Source: a candidate division WOR-3 bacterium (GTDB taxonomy: Bacteria; Hydrothermota; 32-111). From it: a stretch of DNA of 64,000 nt. Numbering within the stretch: the stretch's first letter is position 1; each line of letters opens with the position of its first letter. This document shows, one piece after another, positions 1 through 9,795 of the stretch. The stretch is taken from NCBI GenBank assembly GCA_039804105.1, contig JBDRZU010000001.1:32001-96000 (forward strand). The letters run 5' to 3'. A program made the translations under genes and the position numbers. Below the pieces are notes generated by a model. That model was not told where the DNA came from, made no database searches, and was given only the letters and a program-made list of their open reading frames with translations.

Positions 1-113
1 AGAAAAAAAGAGGATAATATGGCATCTTGAATAGTTTTTGAGTTGATTGGAATAAAATACGCGGTTAGAAAAACACCTAAGATCCAAATAAGTTTTTTTA
101 GATCATCATTCAT
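1..113 (-). CDS. Permease, ArsP/DUF318-like (5' part only; runs off the window edge)
   Basis: Read manually: ATG at 113 overlapping the ccdA stop (ATGA) gives MNDDLKKLIWILGVFLTAYFIPINSKTIQDAILSSFF, resembling the N-terminus of ars-operon permeases; ars context. Confidence 0.6.
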   Translation of the reverse strand, partial: MNDDLKKLIWILGVFLTAYFIPINSKTIQDAILSSFF

Positions 114-829
114 TTTATAACTCCTTTTACAGTTCTTGCAAAATAATATAAGAATAAAAATAACATTGTTATTCCTATTATTTTTCTAAAAAATTGGATG
201 GTTCTATTTTTAGAAGCAAAATCAATATATTTTGAAAGTAACTCTGTAAAACCACCACTCAAAATTATGAAAAATATATGACCTAAACCGAATGATAAAA
301 GAATAAATAAAGATTTTAAAATATTATTCGAACTTTTAAAAACTATAATAAAGATGGGAGCAAAAAAAGCAAAAGTACAAGGCCCTATGCCAGTTCCAAA
401 AAGTAATCCTATTAAGAAACTTACAACTTTTAAATTTTTTACTTTAAATATTTTATCGAATTTAATATTAAAAAAATCAAAATTCAAAATGTTGAAGAAA
501 TATAGTGTTAGTAACAAAAAAATTAAGGAAATAATTATATTGTTAAAAATTCCTAAATCCCCAGCGATCCTTCCAAGTAGCAATGAAAGAGTTCCAACGA
601 GTATTAGAGAGATTAAAATACCAATGGAAAATATAGATGATATTACCAAACCGTTAATTTTTGTGTTTTTCTTTGATTGAATTATGTATCCGATTAACAA
701 AGGTATACTTGAAAGATGACAGGGACTCAGCATCAAACTCAAAATACCCCATAAGAAACTTCCGATGATCGAAAAGATGAAAGAAGAATAAAGAAGTTTG
801 TAGACAAAGTTGAATATATCCGCTATCAT
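110..829 (-). CDS. ccdA: CcdA / DsbD transmembrane-domain electron transporter
   Basis: Six TM segments with the two Pro-Cys motifs LSPCHL and GPCTF. Confidence 0.85.
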   Translation of the reverse strand: MIADIFNFVYKLLYSSFIFSIIGSFLWGILSLMLSPCHLSSIPLLIGYIIQSKKNTKINGLVISSIFSIGILISLILVGTLSLLLGRIAGDLGIFNNIIISLIFLLLTLYFFNILNFDFFNIKFDKIFKVKNLKVVSFLIGLLFGTGIGPCTFAFFAPIFIIVFKSSNNILKSLFILLSFGLGHIFFIILSGGFTELLSKYIDFASKNRTIQFFRKIIGITMLFLFLYYFARTVKGVIK

Positions 830-1236
830 TTTTTAACACCTTTACTTTTTAAAAACTCAAATATCTCGTCTTTTGGGAAGAAACCTTGATGTTTAAAAAT
901 AATCTCTCCTTTGTTATCGATAAAAATTTGGGTTGGAATGACTCTAACAGAATATTTTTGTGCATATTTAAGATTTTCTCTATTATTTAGATCATAAAAA
1001 ACCACCTGAACATCGTTCGGGAAGGAATCCTTTATTTCCTTCATTATGGGTTGCATCATCTGACAGGGGATACAAGTTGTTGATCCTATCTCTATAAATG
1101 TTATTTTGTAATTGCCAAAGCTCAATTTTTCAGGAACACTTTCAGTTGAAGACCTTACATTCTCATTCGGTGTGCAGGAAAAAAATGAAATTATTATTAT
1201 GAAAGAAATAAAATTAATGATTAAACTCTTCATCAA
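826..1236 (-). CDS. Lipoprotein thioredoxin-family protein
   Basis: Signal peptide with lipobox FFSC; CIPC active site; cis-Pro loop VIPTQIF. Confidence 0.85.
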   Translation of the reverse strand: MMKSLIINFISFIIIISFFSCTPNENVRSSTESVPEKLSFGNYKITFIEIGSTTCIPCQMMQPIMKEIKDSFPNDVQVVFYDLNNRENLKYAQKYSVRVIPTQIFIDNKGEIIFKHQGFFPKDEIFEFLKSKGVKK

Positions 1237-1621
1237 CTATCTCCTGAATTTTACTTTTAATAAATTCTCTCATTTCTCGAATTTTTTCAATCGGATGGTT
1301 TTTTATATCTTCTAGTTCCCAGTTTAAACTTTTTTTTGAAGGAAATATTGGGCAGACCTCTTTACAACCCATTGTCACAAGGTAATCAAACTCAATGTCA
1401 GGGAGATCAAAAAAACCTTTTGGTTTAAGATCTGTAGTATCAATACCGATTTCCTCAAGTACGATTTTTGCATTAAGATTTATCTTTTCAACAGGTCTCG
1501 ATCCAGCAGAGTAAGCTTCAATATAATCAGAAAAAAATTTTTTTGCAACACCTTCGGCTATCTGACTTCTAAAACTATTTTCTACACAAGCAAATAGGAC
1601 TTTTAGTTTTTCTTTTTTCAT
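1214..1621 (-). CDS. arsC: Arsenate reductase, thioredoxin-coupled LMWP family
   Basis: P-loop CVENSFRSQ; resolving cysteines in TMGC...CP; W-x-x-x-D near C-terminus. Confidence 0.85.
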   Translation of the reverse strand: MKKEKLKVLFACVENSFRSQIAEGVAKKFFSDYIEAYSAGSRPVEKINLNAKIVLEEIGIDTTDLKPKGFFDLPDIEFDYLVTMGCKEVCPIFPSKKSLNWELEDIKNHPIEKIREMREFIKSKIQEIVDEEFNH

Positions 1622-1895
1622 ATGACTCCCTTTCTAACATATTTAGGATCAATTTGTTTGTTTTATCTTTTGTATTTATATTGTAAAAAACTTTTTGTGC
1701 TACCTTTTCATATTTTAATATACCACTTTCGGTTAAAATTCTTAAATGTCTTGATATTCTCGGTTGAGACATTTTTAGAAGTTCGGACAATTCGCAAACA
1801 CACATTTCTTTATCTATCAACAACATCACTATCTCTAACCTTGTTTTATCTGAAAGTGCTTTCATTTTTTTTAAGATCTCGTTGTTTTTTTTCAT
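1575..1895 (-). CDS. arsR: ArsR/SmtB family metalloregulator
   Basis: KALSDKTRLEI, MCVCEL alpha3 metal site, SQPRISRHL HTH; GGAGGT RBS upstream. Confidence 0.92.
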   Translation of the reverse strand: MKKNNEILKKMKALSDKTRLEIVMLLIDKEMCVCELSELLKMSQPRISRHLRILTESGILKYEKVAQKVFYNINTKDKTNKLILNMLERESYEKRKTKSPICLCRK

Positions 1896-1926
1896 CGATA
1901 TACCTCCACTCTCGATAGCCTATGTT

Positions 1927-1962
1927 TATAAGTTTTTCCTTATATAAAAAAAACTTTATATA
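1927..1962. promoter_or_regulatory. Putative ArsR operator: two tandem inverted repeats
   Basis: TATAAG-N6-CTTATA (1927-1944) and TATATAAA-N6-TTTATATA (1941-1962), between the -10 box and the arsR RBS. Confidence 0.55.
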
Positions 1963-1974
1963 AACTTTTGTTTA

Positions 1975-2002
1975 AATATAATCCAAAAAATAATCCTGTC
2001 AA
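1975..2002 (-). promoter_or_regulatory. sigma70 promoter of the ars operon
   Basis: TTGACA-N16-TATATT on the minus strand. Confidence 0.65.
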
Positions 2003-2017
2003 GATATTTTTTGTTTG

Positions 2018-2046
2018 TTGACTGAAAACTTTTTATTTTTTATAAT
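2018..2046 (+). promoter_or_regulatory. sigma70 promoter, probably leaderless transcript
   Basis: TTGACT-N17-TATAAT, ATG 6 nt downstream, no SD. Confidence 0.7.
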
Positions 2047-2052
2047 TTATCT

Positions 2053-3651
2053 ATGAAAAGATTAACTTTCATTCTGTTGTTGGTACTTTTTTTTATTATA
2101 CCTTTTCTTTTGATATTTCAGTACGATATATATTCATACCATGTATGGACATACAACTCCCTAAAATTTGGACTCGATGAAATTTATAACAGAAACAACT
2201 ATTTTGACAGGTTCTGTGATTATCTTCCGTTTGGTTCTTATATAGCGATTTTTCAAGGAAAGATTATCTCTTTGTTTATACCTTTGAAACTTCTGTCGGT
2301 TCCATATTTGAATTTTTATAAAATTTTCCCTCTCCTTGTACTTTTTTCTCTCTTTATTTTTCTTTATAAAGAAAAAATACCTTTATTCAAGATTGTACTT
2401 TTGATCATTCCATTCTATATTTCTATCGTCTCAAATGGTCAATTTGATATAGTTATTCTGTTTTTGATTTTTGTTTCTATCTTTCTCTTTGAAAAAAAAG
2501 ATTTTGTTTGTGGAACTTTTATATTAACTTTACTTTTTTTCAGTAAACAAACTGCACCCTTTTTTGTGTTGCTTATATTTCTTCATTATTTGAAAGAAAA
2601 TTTTAATAAAGTTTTTTTCTTTAAAACCCTTTTAACATTTTTGGGAACAACATTTTTAATGTTTTTTCCATTTATTATTACAGGAAAGCTTTTTGCAACT
2701 TTGAGGTTGATATATGAAAATTCAACATACATGTTGCCATTTTCAGGTTATTCCTTTAACCTTCTTTCAATTCTTTCCTACAATCATAACCTGGATCCAA
2801 CGAAAAACTATTTTAACCTATCTTTAACTTCGTATTCCTTACTTTTAATGATTACAGGGTTAACCATTATAGGACTTTTTGTAACGGGAAATGTTTTTAA
2901 AAAATTATCTTTATTCTCTTTAATCTGGTTCAATCTACTTGTAGGATTGCGAGAGAACCACATACTTTATCCATTATTCTTTTTGTTTTTTTCGATTGAT
3001 GGAAAAAGCAAAGGATTTAAACTTTTATTTTTACTGTTCTACTTTATGTCTATATTCAATATAATTTTTTTCTTTTTTAATTTTCTTAGTAAAACCATTT
3101 TTTTAATTTTTTCATTTATATCAGTTTTTTCATCATTTATACTTTTTGTTTTGATATTCAGAAAAAATTCCCAACATTTATCAATCACACGTATAAATTT
3201 TTTGAAAGATTTTTCATTTATTTTCGTATCGTTTATTTTTCTTGTTGTGTTTATGCCTTTAAAAAATTATGATAGAACGGAAAAAAATTTTTTTGAACAC
3301 GTGATAAAGTCAAACGATATTGTTGAATTTTCTAAGGATAGGTTCATAGATCTTAATGTTAAAACTTATTCCCCATTTTCACATTTTCTATCTTTAAGGA
3401 TGTCGGATCTTTCTTACATAAAATTTAAAAACTTTAACTCAAAATACAAAAATTTGAAGATCTTTCTTGATGTTGAAGGGAATGATTTCGCTGAATTGAT
3501 AATAAATGATTCTTTAAAAATAATAGTTAAAAAGGGTAAAAATCAGTTTGTAAAATTTAATGATATATTGATTTTAAATGATACAATATTTTTAAAATCA
3601 AAAACATTTAGAAAAAGAGCAAATCTTTTAATCTATAATGTGACATTTTAA
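2053..3651 (+). CDS. Polytopic membrane protein, probable GT-C fold glycosyltransferase
   Basis: About 11-12 TM segments; DIYSYxxW, DYLP, GQFD, KQ and RENH motifs as in ALG6/GT87-like lipid-linked sugar transferases; soluble C-terminal domain. Confidence 0.55.
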   Translation: MKRLTFILLLVLFFIIPFLLIFQYDIYSYHVWTYNSLKFGLDEIYNRNNYFDRFCDYLPFGSYIAIFQGKIISLFIPLKLLSVPYLNFYKIFPLLVLFSLFIFLYKEKIPLFKIVLLIIPFYISIVSNGQFDIVILFLIFVSIFLFEKKDFVCGTFILTLLFFSKQTAPFFVLLIFLHYLKENFNKVFFFKTLLTFLGTTFLMFFPFIITGKLFATLRLIYENSTYMLPFSGYSFNLLSILSYNHNLDPTKNYFNLSLTSYSLLLMITGLTIIGLFVTGNVFKKLSLFSLIWFNLLVGLRENHILYPLFFLFFSIDGKSKGFKLLFLLFYFMSIFNIIFFFFNFLSKTIFLIFSFISVFSSFILFVLIFRKNSQHLSITRINFLKDFSFIFVSFIFLVVFMPLKNYDRTEKNFFEHVIKSNDIVEFSKDRFIDLNVKTYSPFSHFLSLRMSDLSYIKFKNFNSKYKNLKIFLDVEGNDFAELIINDSLKIIVKKGKNQFVKFNDILILNDTIFLKSKTFRKRANLLIYNVTF

Positions 3652-3654
3652 TTC

Positions 3655-3683
3655 TTGATTATTTAAAGAATCTCAATTATAAT
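3655..3683 (+). promoter_or_regulatory. sigma70 promoter of the hut operon
   Basis: TTGATT-N17-TATAAT; AAGGAG RBS before hutH. Confidence 0.6.
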
Positions 3684-3710
3684 AAAAATCTAAATAAAAA
3701 AAGGAGAAAA

Positions 3711-5231
3711 ATGGTTTTACTTGATGGTTTCAATCTTGATCTTTTTAAATTCAAAAAAATCGTTTTTGATCTTGAAGAGGTAAAAATATCAGATTCCGCT
3801 TTAGAAAGAGTCAAAGAGTCGTACGACATCATTGAAGGAATTGTGAAAGAGAATAAAAGGGTTTATGGAGTAACAACCGGATTTGGAAAACTTGTTGATG
3901 TAACGATCCCTAAAGATAAAATTGAAGTTTTACAGGAAAATATTTTAAGATCACATTCGGTGGGAGTGGGAGAACCGTTTTCATTTTTTGAAGTCAGAGG
4001 AGCGATCCTTTTGAGAATTAATACTATTATTAGAGGAAACAGTGGAGTTTCACTTGAAACTTTAAATGGGTTGATACAGATTTTAAACAAAAGGATATAT
4101 CCCTATGTTCCTCAAAAAGGTTCTGTTGGAGCAAGTGGTGATCTTGCGCCTTTGGCACATATAGCACTGGTTCTGATAGGTGAAGGTGAATGTATTGAAA
4201 ATGGTAAAAGGGTGAAGAGTATAAAAGTTTTAAATAAAAATAAAATTAAACCTGTTAAATTGAAACCAAAAGAAGGACTCGCCTTAATAAATGGAACTCA
4301 GATGATGACATCAATTGCAGGATATTCTCTTGTGAAAGGTGAAATACTTTTGAAACTTTCAGATATTGTAGCAGCGGCATCGGCAGATGCTTTGCTTTCA
4401 ACTGATGTTCCATTTGAAAAGAGAATTTCAAATATTAGAAACCATCAAGGGCAAATTGATAGTGCTTACAACATTTACAATCTTTTGAAGGGATCAAAGA
4501 TAAGAAAATCTCACAAGAACTGCTCAAAGGTTCAGGATCCATATTCGATCAGGTGTATACCACAGGTTCATGGTGCCGCAAGAGAAGTTTTTTATTTTGC
4601 GAAAGGTGTAATAGAAAAGGAGTTCAACTCTTCAACGGATAACCCTCTCGTATTTACAAAAGAAAAAGAGGTAGTTTCGGGTGGTAATTTCCATGGTCAG
4701 ATAATCGCAACAGTTTTAGATTCGTTGAAAATAGGTTTATGTGAACTTGGTAACATTTCCGATAGAAGATTGTATAGATTACTTGATCCTATACAAACTG
4801 GACTTTATCCCTTTTTAATAAAAGATGTTGGCATCAACAGTGGTTTTATGATGCTACAGGTCACAACGGCGTCACTTGTATCAGAGAACAAAGTCATTGC
4901 TCATCCTGCAAGTGTTGATTCTATACCAACCTCACTTGGACAGGAAGACCATGTTTCAATGGGAACGATTTCAGCAAGAAAACTTAAAGATGTAATTGAA
5001 AATAATTTTTATATACTTTCTATAGAACTTTTTGCTGCGATGACAGCTTTGTATTTAAGAAAACCCCTTACAAGTTCAAAACCTTTGAATGAACTGATGA
5101 ATTGGTTCTTTGAAAATATAAAACCTATAAACGATGATAGAGCTTTCTATCTTGATGTTGAAAAGATTTTTGAGATGACATATTCTGGTAAAGTTGTTGA
5201 AAAGGTTGAAAATTATTTAAAATTAAAATAG
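3711..5231 (+). CDS. hutH: Histidine ammonia-lyase
   Basis: [20 protein letters not shown] (MIO-forming ASG), [21 protein letters not shown]. Confidence 0.97.
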   Translation: MVLLDGFNLDLFKFKKIVFDLEEVKISDSALERVKESYDIIEGIVKENKRVYGVTTGFGKLVDVTIPKDKIEVLQENILRSHSVGVGEPFSFFEVRGAILLRINTIIRGNSGVSLETLNGLIQILNKRIYPYVPQKGSVGASGDLAPLAHIALVLIGEGECIENGKRVKSIKVLNKNKIKPVKLKPKEGLALINGTQMMTSIAGYSLVKGEILLKLSDIVAAASADALLSTDVPFEKRISNIRNHQGQIDSAYNIYNLLKGSKIRKSHKNCSKVQDPYSIRCIPQVHGAAREVFYFAKGVIEKEFNSSTDNPLVFTKEKEVVSGGNFHGQIIATVLDSLKIGLCELGNISDRRLYRLLDPIQTGLYPFLIKDVGINSGFMMLQVTTASLVSENKVIAHPASVDSIPTSLGQEDHVSMGTISARKLKDVIENNFYILSIELFAAMTALYLRKPLTSSKPLNELMNWFFENIKPINDDRAFYLDVEKIFEMTYSGKVVEKVENYLKLK

Positions 5232-5239
5232 GAGTTTTT

Positions 5240-6898
5240 ATGAGAGAATATAAACCTATACATGCCCCAAGAGGAACAAAACTTTCTTGTAAATCCTGGC
5301 AACTTGAGGCACCGATGAGAATGCTTATGAACAATCTTGATCCGGATGTTGCAAAAGATCCTGAAAATCTAATAGTTTATGGTGGAAGGGGAAAAGCGGC
5401 AAGAAACTGGGAATCATATTATAAAATTATTGAGACATTACAGAATATGGATAACGATGAAACATTGATAATGCAATCAGGAAAACCTGTTGCTGTTTTC
5501 AAAACACATGAATGGGCACCAAGAGTTTTGATAACAAACTCTTTACTCGTTCCGAAATGGGCAACACTCGAAGAATTTTTAAGATTGGAATCGATGGGAC
5601 TCACATGTTATGGGCAAATGACTGCTGGTTCATGGATCTATATTGGAACTCAGGGGATACTCCAGGGTACTTATGAAACATTTTATGCTATAGCAAAAAA
5701 ACTTTACGGTGGGACATTAAAAGGGAAATGGGTTTTAACAGCAGGACTTGGAGAAATGGGAGGTGCACAACCACTTGCTGCTGTTATGAACGATGGAGTT
5801 GTTATAGTTGTTGAAGTTGATGAATCACACATAGATCGAAAAATAGCCCAAAGATATTGTGATGTCAAAGCGAAATCGCTTGATGAAGCATTAAAGATGA
5901 AAGATCAAGCACTCAAAGAGAAAAAACCACTTTCGATTGGACTTTTAGGTAATATTGCTGATATTTTACCTGAACTTGTTAAAAGGGAAATATATCCTGA
6001 TGTTTTAACTGATCAAACAGCAGCACACGATCCTTTGTATGGTTATATTCCATCAGGTTATTCTGTTGAAGAAGCTGCTGTTCTTAGAGAAAAGGATAGA
6101 AATGAATATTTGAAAAAAGTTTATGATTCGATAGCAAAACATGTGGAAGCGATGTTAAAAATGCAGGAAAAGGGAGTTAATGTTTTTGAATATGGAAACA
6201 ATTTGAGACAGAGAGCTTTTGATAACGGAGTGAAGGATGCTTTCAAAATAGTTGGTTATATGCCTGCTTATATAAGAGATCTTTTCTCAGAAGGTAGTGG
6301 TCCTTTTAGATGGGTAGCGTTGACAGGTGATGAAAAGGATATTTTTGAAACTGATAAAGCATTACTTGAAACTTTCCCTGAAGATGAACATTTAAGAAAA
6401 TGGATTGAGATGGCAGAAAAACTTGTGAGATTTCAGGGACTACCTGCAAGGATCTGCTGGTTAAAACAAGGGGAACGAGCTAAATTTGGTCTTGTGATAA
6501 ACGATATGGTCAAAAAAGGAAGATTATCTGGTCCCGTTGTTATCGGAAGAGATCATCATGATACAGGTGGTGCAGCATCACCAAATCGAGAAACGGAGGC
6601 GATGAAGGATGGTTCAGATGCTATTGCTGATTGGCCAGTTTTAAACGCTATGCTGAATGTTGCATCTGGAGCAACCTGGGTTTCTTTGCATCATGGTGGT
6701 GGTGTTGGAATAGGTTATTCGATTCATGCTGGACAGGTTATACTTGCTGATGGAACAGAAATTCAGGCAAAAAAGATTGAAAGGGTTTTAACAAACGATC
6801 CTGGACTTGGGGTTGTAAGACATGCTGATGCAGGTTATCAGATAGCTATAGATACGGCAAAAAAAGAAAAAATAAAAATGCCAATGCTTGAAAAATAG
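5240..6898 (+). CDS. hutU: Urocanate hydratase
   Basis: [51 protein letters not shown]. Confidence 0.98.
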   Translation: MREYKPIHAPRGTKLSCKSWQLEAPMRMLMNNLDPDVAKDPENLIVYGGRGKAARNWESYYKIIETLQNMDNDETLIMQSGKPVAVFKTHEWAPRVLITNSLLVPKWATLEEFLRLESMGLTCYGQMTAGSWIYIGTQGILQGTYETFYAIAKKLYGGTLKGKWVLTAGLGEMGGAQPLAAVMNDGVVIVVEVDESHIDRKIAQRYCDVKAKSLDEALKMKDQALKEKKPLSIGLLGNIADILPELVKREIYPDVLTDQTAAHDPLYGYIPSGYSVEEAAVLREKDRNEYLKKVYDSIAKHVEAMLKMQEKGVNVFEYGNNLRQRAFDNGVKDAFKIVGYMPAYIRDLFSEGSGPFRWVALTGDEKDIFETDKALLETFPEDEHLRKWIEMAEKLVRFQGLPARICWLKQGERAKFGLVINDMVKKGRLSGPVVIGRDHHDTGGAASPNRETEAMKDGSDAIADWPVLNAMLNVASGATWVSLHHGGGVGIGYSIHAGQVILADGTEIQAKKIERVLTNDPGLGVVRHADAGYQIAIDTAKKEKIKMPMLEK

Positions 6899-6901
6899 AT
6901 T

Positions 6902-8134
6902 ATGAAAATGATTTTAAAAAACATTAAACAGATTGTTTCATGTGATGATAAAAAGGGTTTTGTTACGCTGGATGATATCGATTCACCTTTATCTTCAGCA
7001 AATACTATAGTGATAGAGGAAGGAAAAATAAAAAGGATTGGAAAAGATCTTGAAGAAACAGCAGATAAAACAATAGATTGCTCTTTATATATTGTGACTC
7101 CCGGTTTTGTTGAATCACATACACATCTTGTTTTTTCTGGTTCAAGATCTGATGAGTTTTTGATGAGAGCACAGGGGGTTCCTTATAAAGAGATTGCAAA
7201 AAATGGTGGTGGGATAAGAAAAAGTGTAAGGTTCACAAGAGAAGTCAGTTTCGAAAAACTTTTTGAGGAATCAAAAGAACGATTAAAAAAATTTTTAAAG
7301 AAGGGAGTAACGTCGATTGAAATAAAATCTGGATATGGACTTGACAGGGATACAGAGTTAAAACAGTTAAGGGTGATCAAAGAGTTAAAAAAATCTTTTC
7401 CTATGGAGATTAGATCAACATTTTTGGGAGCACATGAGATACCTGATGAGTTTAAAGATAGAAGAGAATACTATATTAAATTTTTAAAAGAAGAGATGAT
7501 CCCTTATGTGGCACAGGAAGGACTTGCTGATTTTATAGATGTTTTCTGTGAAAAGGGAGTTTTTACAAAAGACGAGGCAATTGAAATCCTTGAAAAGGGA
7601 ATCGAATATGGACTAAAAGCAAGAGTTCATGCTGATGAGATAGAGAACTCCGGTGGTTCTTTTGTCGCAAGAGAGGTGAAAGCAAAATCAGTGGATCATT
7701 TCAACTATCCAGACGAAAATGATCTTAAGTATCTTAAAGAAAACAACACTGTTATAACACTTCTGCCTGCTACAAATTTCTTTTTAAAATTAAAAGGTAG
7801 ACCACCAATCGAAAAGATGAGAGAAGTTGGGAATATCGTTGCTATATCAACGGACTTCAATCCCGGGTCTTCTCCATGTTATTCGATGCTTTTTTCAGCA
7901 ACGATCGGTATGATAAATTATGGTTTAACATATGAAGAACTTATTTATGGAATAACTTTGAACCCAGCTTTTTCACTTGATCTAAAAAATAAAGGTTCTA
8001 TTCAAGAGGGTCAGGATGCGGATATTTTGCTGTTTAAAAGAGATGATTACAAAGAACTTTTCTATTTCACTGGAGATGATCAACCTGATCTTGTCATTTT
8101 AAAAGGGGAGATATTGGATTTTGGAAAAATTTAA
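6902..8134 (+). CDS. hutI: Imidazolonepropionase
   Basis: SHTHLVF, EIKSGYGL, FLGAH, DVFCE, HADE, TDFNPGS. Confidence 0.96.
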   Translation: MKMILKNIKQIVSCDDKKGFVTLDDIDSPLSSANTIVIEEGKIKRIGKDLEETADKTIDCSLYIVTPGFVESHTHLVFSGSRSDEFLMRAQGVPYKEIAKNGGGIRKSVRFTREVSFEKLFEESKERLKKFLKKGVTSIEIKSGYGLDRDTELKQLRVIKELKKSFPMEIRSTFLGAHEIPDEFKDRREYYIKFLKEEMIPYVAQEGLADFIDVFCEKGVFTKDEAIEILEKGIEYGLKARVHADEIENSGGSFVAREVKAKSVDHFNYPDENDLKYLKENNTVITLLPATNFFLKLKGRPPIEKMREVGNIVAISTDFNPGSSPCYSMLFSATIGMINYGLTYEELIYGITLNPAFSLDLKNKGSIQEGQDADILLFKRDDYKELFYFTGDDQPDLVILKGEILDFGKI

Positions 8135-8924
8135 AGAACTGATTAATGAAGGCAAAAATATTGAATCATTAACACAAAGAAGTGAATTTTTTATCGATCT
8201 TTTCTCTAAGTTAAAATACAAAGATTATTATGGATCGATTATAGTGCTATACAATCTTTTCGATATTTTTGAGGATAGATTTCAGGTTATTTTTCATCTG
8301 TTCAACCATTTTTTATATTTAAAACTTTATACGGAAGGATTGAATTTTGTGAAATACATGGAAGAGAGAAAGAATGATTTTTTTGCACTATCTTTGAAAT
8401 ATCGATTACCCGACAATTTTTCAGATAAAAGTATTGAAGAGTTAAAAAAAAATTTAAATCTTTTAAGTCAAAAAAAAGATGTTATGAGTTCTTCTTACTA
8501 TGAACTTGCAGTCAGATCTAGAGGTTTGATAGATAGTGATATAAATGATGTTTTTTTCAGAAAAGCGATAGATTGTTCATCAGATGATGCTAAAATCAGA
8601 GTGATTTTAAGATATTCTGATATCCTTTTAAAAGAAGGTAAAGAGCAAAAATCGATAGAGATTTTAACCTCTTATATAAATGAACTTGATAGTGATTTCC
8701 TTCAACTTATGTATAAACTCGCTTCAATATATGAGTTACAAGATGGGAGGAAAGCATTAGAGGTTTACGAAAAAATTTTGAAATATGATCCTGATTTTCT
8801 TGATGTTCAAGAAAAAATAAGTAAATTGACAAATCAAATAAAAGGGTATAATATTAAAAATATTGAAGATAATGTTGATCTACAAAGAGAGGATCGAAAT
8901 GAAAATCATATTCACTTTTTATAA
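8121..8924 (+). CDS. TPR-containing protein (short paralog of the 9796 ORF C-terminus)
   Basis: C-terminal TPR YKLASIYE...ALEVYEKILKYDPDFLDVQEKI; TTG start. Confidence 0.7.
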   Translation: MEKFKELINEGKNIESLTQRSEFFIDLFSKLKYKDYYGSIIVLYNLFDIFEDRFQVIFHLFNHFLYLKLYTEGLNFVKYMEERKNDFFALSLKYRLPDNFSDKSIEELKKNLNLLSQKKDVMSSSYYELAVRSRGLIDSDINDVFFRKAIDCSSDDAKIRVILRYSDILLKEGKEQKSIEILTSYINELDSDFLQLMYKLASIYELQDGRKALEVYEKILKYDPDFLDVQEKISKLTNQIKGYNIKNIEDNVDLQREDRNENHIHFL

Positions 8925-8934
8925 GTGAGGATTT

Positions 8935-9783
8935 ATGAATTATGAGTCATTCTTTCAAATGTCTTTCGAACCTTTTGCAAATATTCCCGATACGAGATTC
9001 TTTTTTGAAACCAATCAACATAGGATGGCTCTTTTAAGGTTGATGCATGCTGCTGACAAAATGAGAGGTTTTGCTCTTTTGGTTGGAGATGTTGGAACAG
9101 GCAAAACTACAGTAGCAAGAAAACTCCTTGCATATCTTACTAGAAATCCAAAATTTCAAACAGGTCTTATTGTGCTCACACATGAAAATTTTTCTGAAGA
9201 ATGGCTTTTCACAAGGATCGCACAGATAATAGGGTTAAAGGATACGACAAACCTTATGAAGGACCCGATGAACATACTCACAAGACAACTTATAAATCTT
9301 GATAGGGAAGGTAAAAAAACTGTAATCCTTATAGATGAAGCGAACAAACTTTCTGATAGTAGAATAGTTGAACAGATCAGAGGTTTTTTGAACCTTGAAC
9401 TGAACGATCGTAGAATCATAACCTTTATACTCATAGGAGTTCCTGAACTTGAAAGACATATACTTCAGAATGAATCTTTACAACAAAGGATTGCGGCAAG
9501 AACCTATCTGAAATCACTCTCAAGAGAAGAAACTTATGGTTATATAAAATACCGATTATCTGTTGTTGGAGCTAACATCTCATCTATTTTTACACCTGAC
9601 AGTATAGATCTTATTCATTCATATTCAAACGGACGTCCGAGGCTGATAAATACTATTTGTGATAATGCTCTTCTGGAAGCAGCTTTTTTGCAGAGGGTTC
9701 CTGTTGACTCGATGATGATCGAAGAGGTGTCTGAATCACTTGGGCTTAAAAAACAATTTGGAAACTTTAAAAGGGAGCTATAA
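8935..9783 (+). CDS. ExeA/GspA-family AAA ATPase without a peptidoglycan-binding domain (copy 1)
   Basis: Y..FF....EPF...PD N-terminus, Walker A GDVGTGKTT, Walker B ILIDEAN, G.PRLINTICDNALL. Confidence 0.88.
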   Translation: MNYESFFQMSFEPFANIPDTRFFFETNQHRMALLRLMHAADKMRGFALLVGDVGTGKTTVARKLLAYLTRNPKFQTGLIVLTHENFSEEWLFTRIAQIIGLKDTTNLMKDPMNILTRQLINLDREGKKTVILIDEANKLSDSRIVEQIRGFLNLELNDRRIITFILIGVPELERHILQNESLQQRIAARTYLKSLSREETYGYIKYRLSVVGANISSIFTPDSIDLIHSYSNGRPRLINTICDNALLEAAFLQRVPVDSMMIEEVSESLGLKKQFGNFKREL

Positions 9784-9795
9784 GAGGTAAAACCT

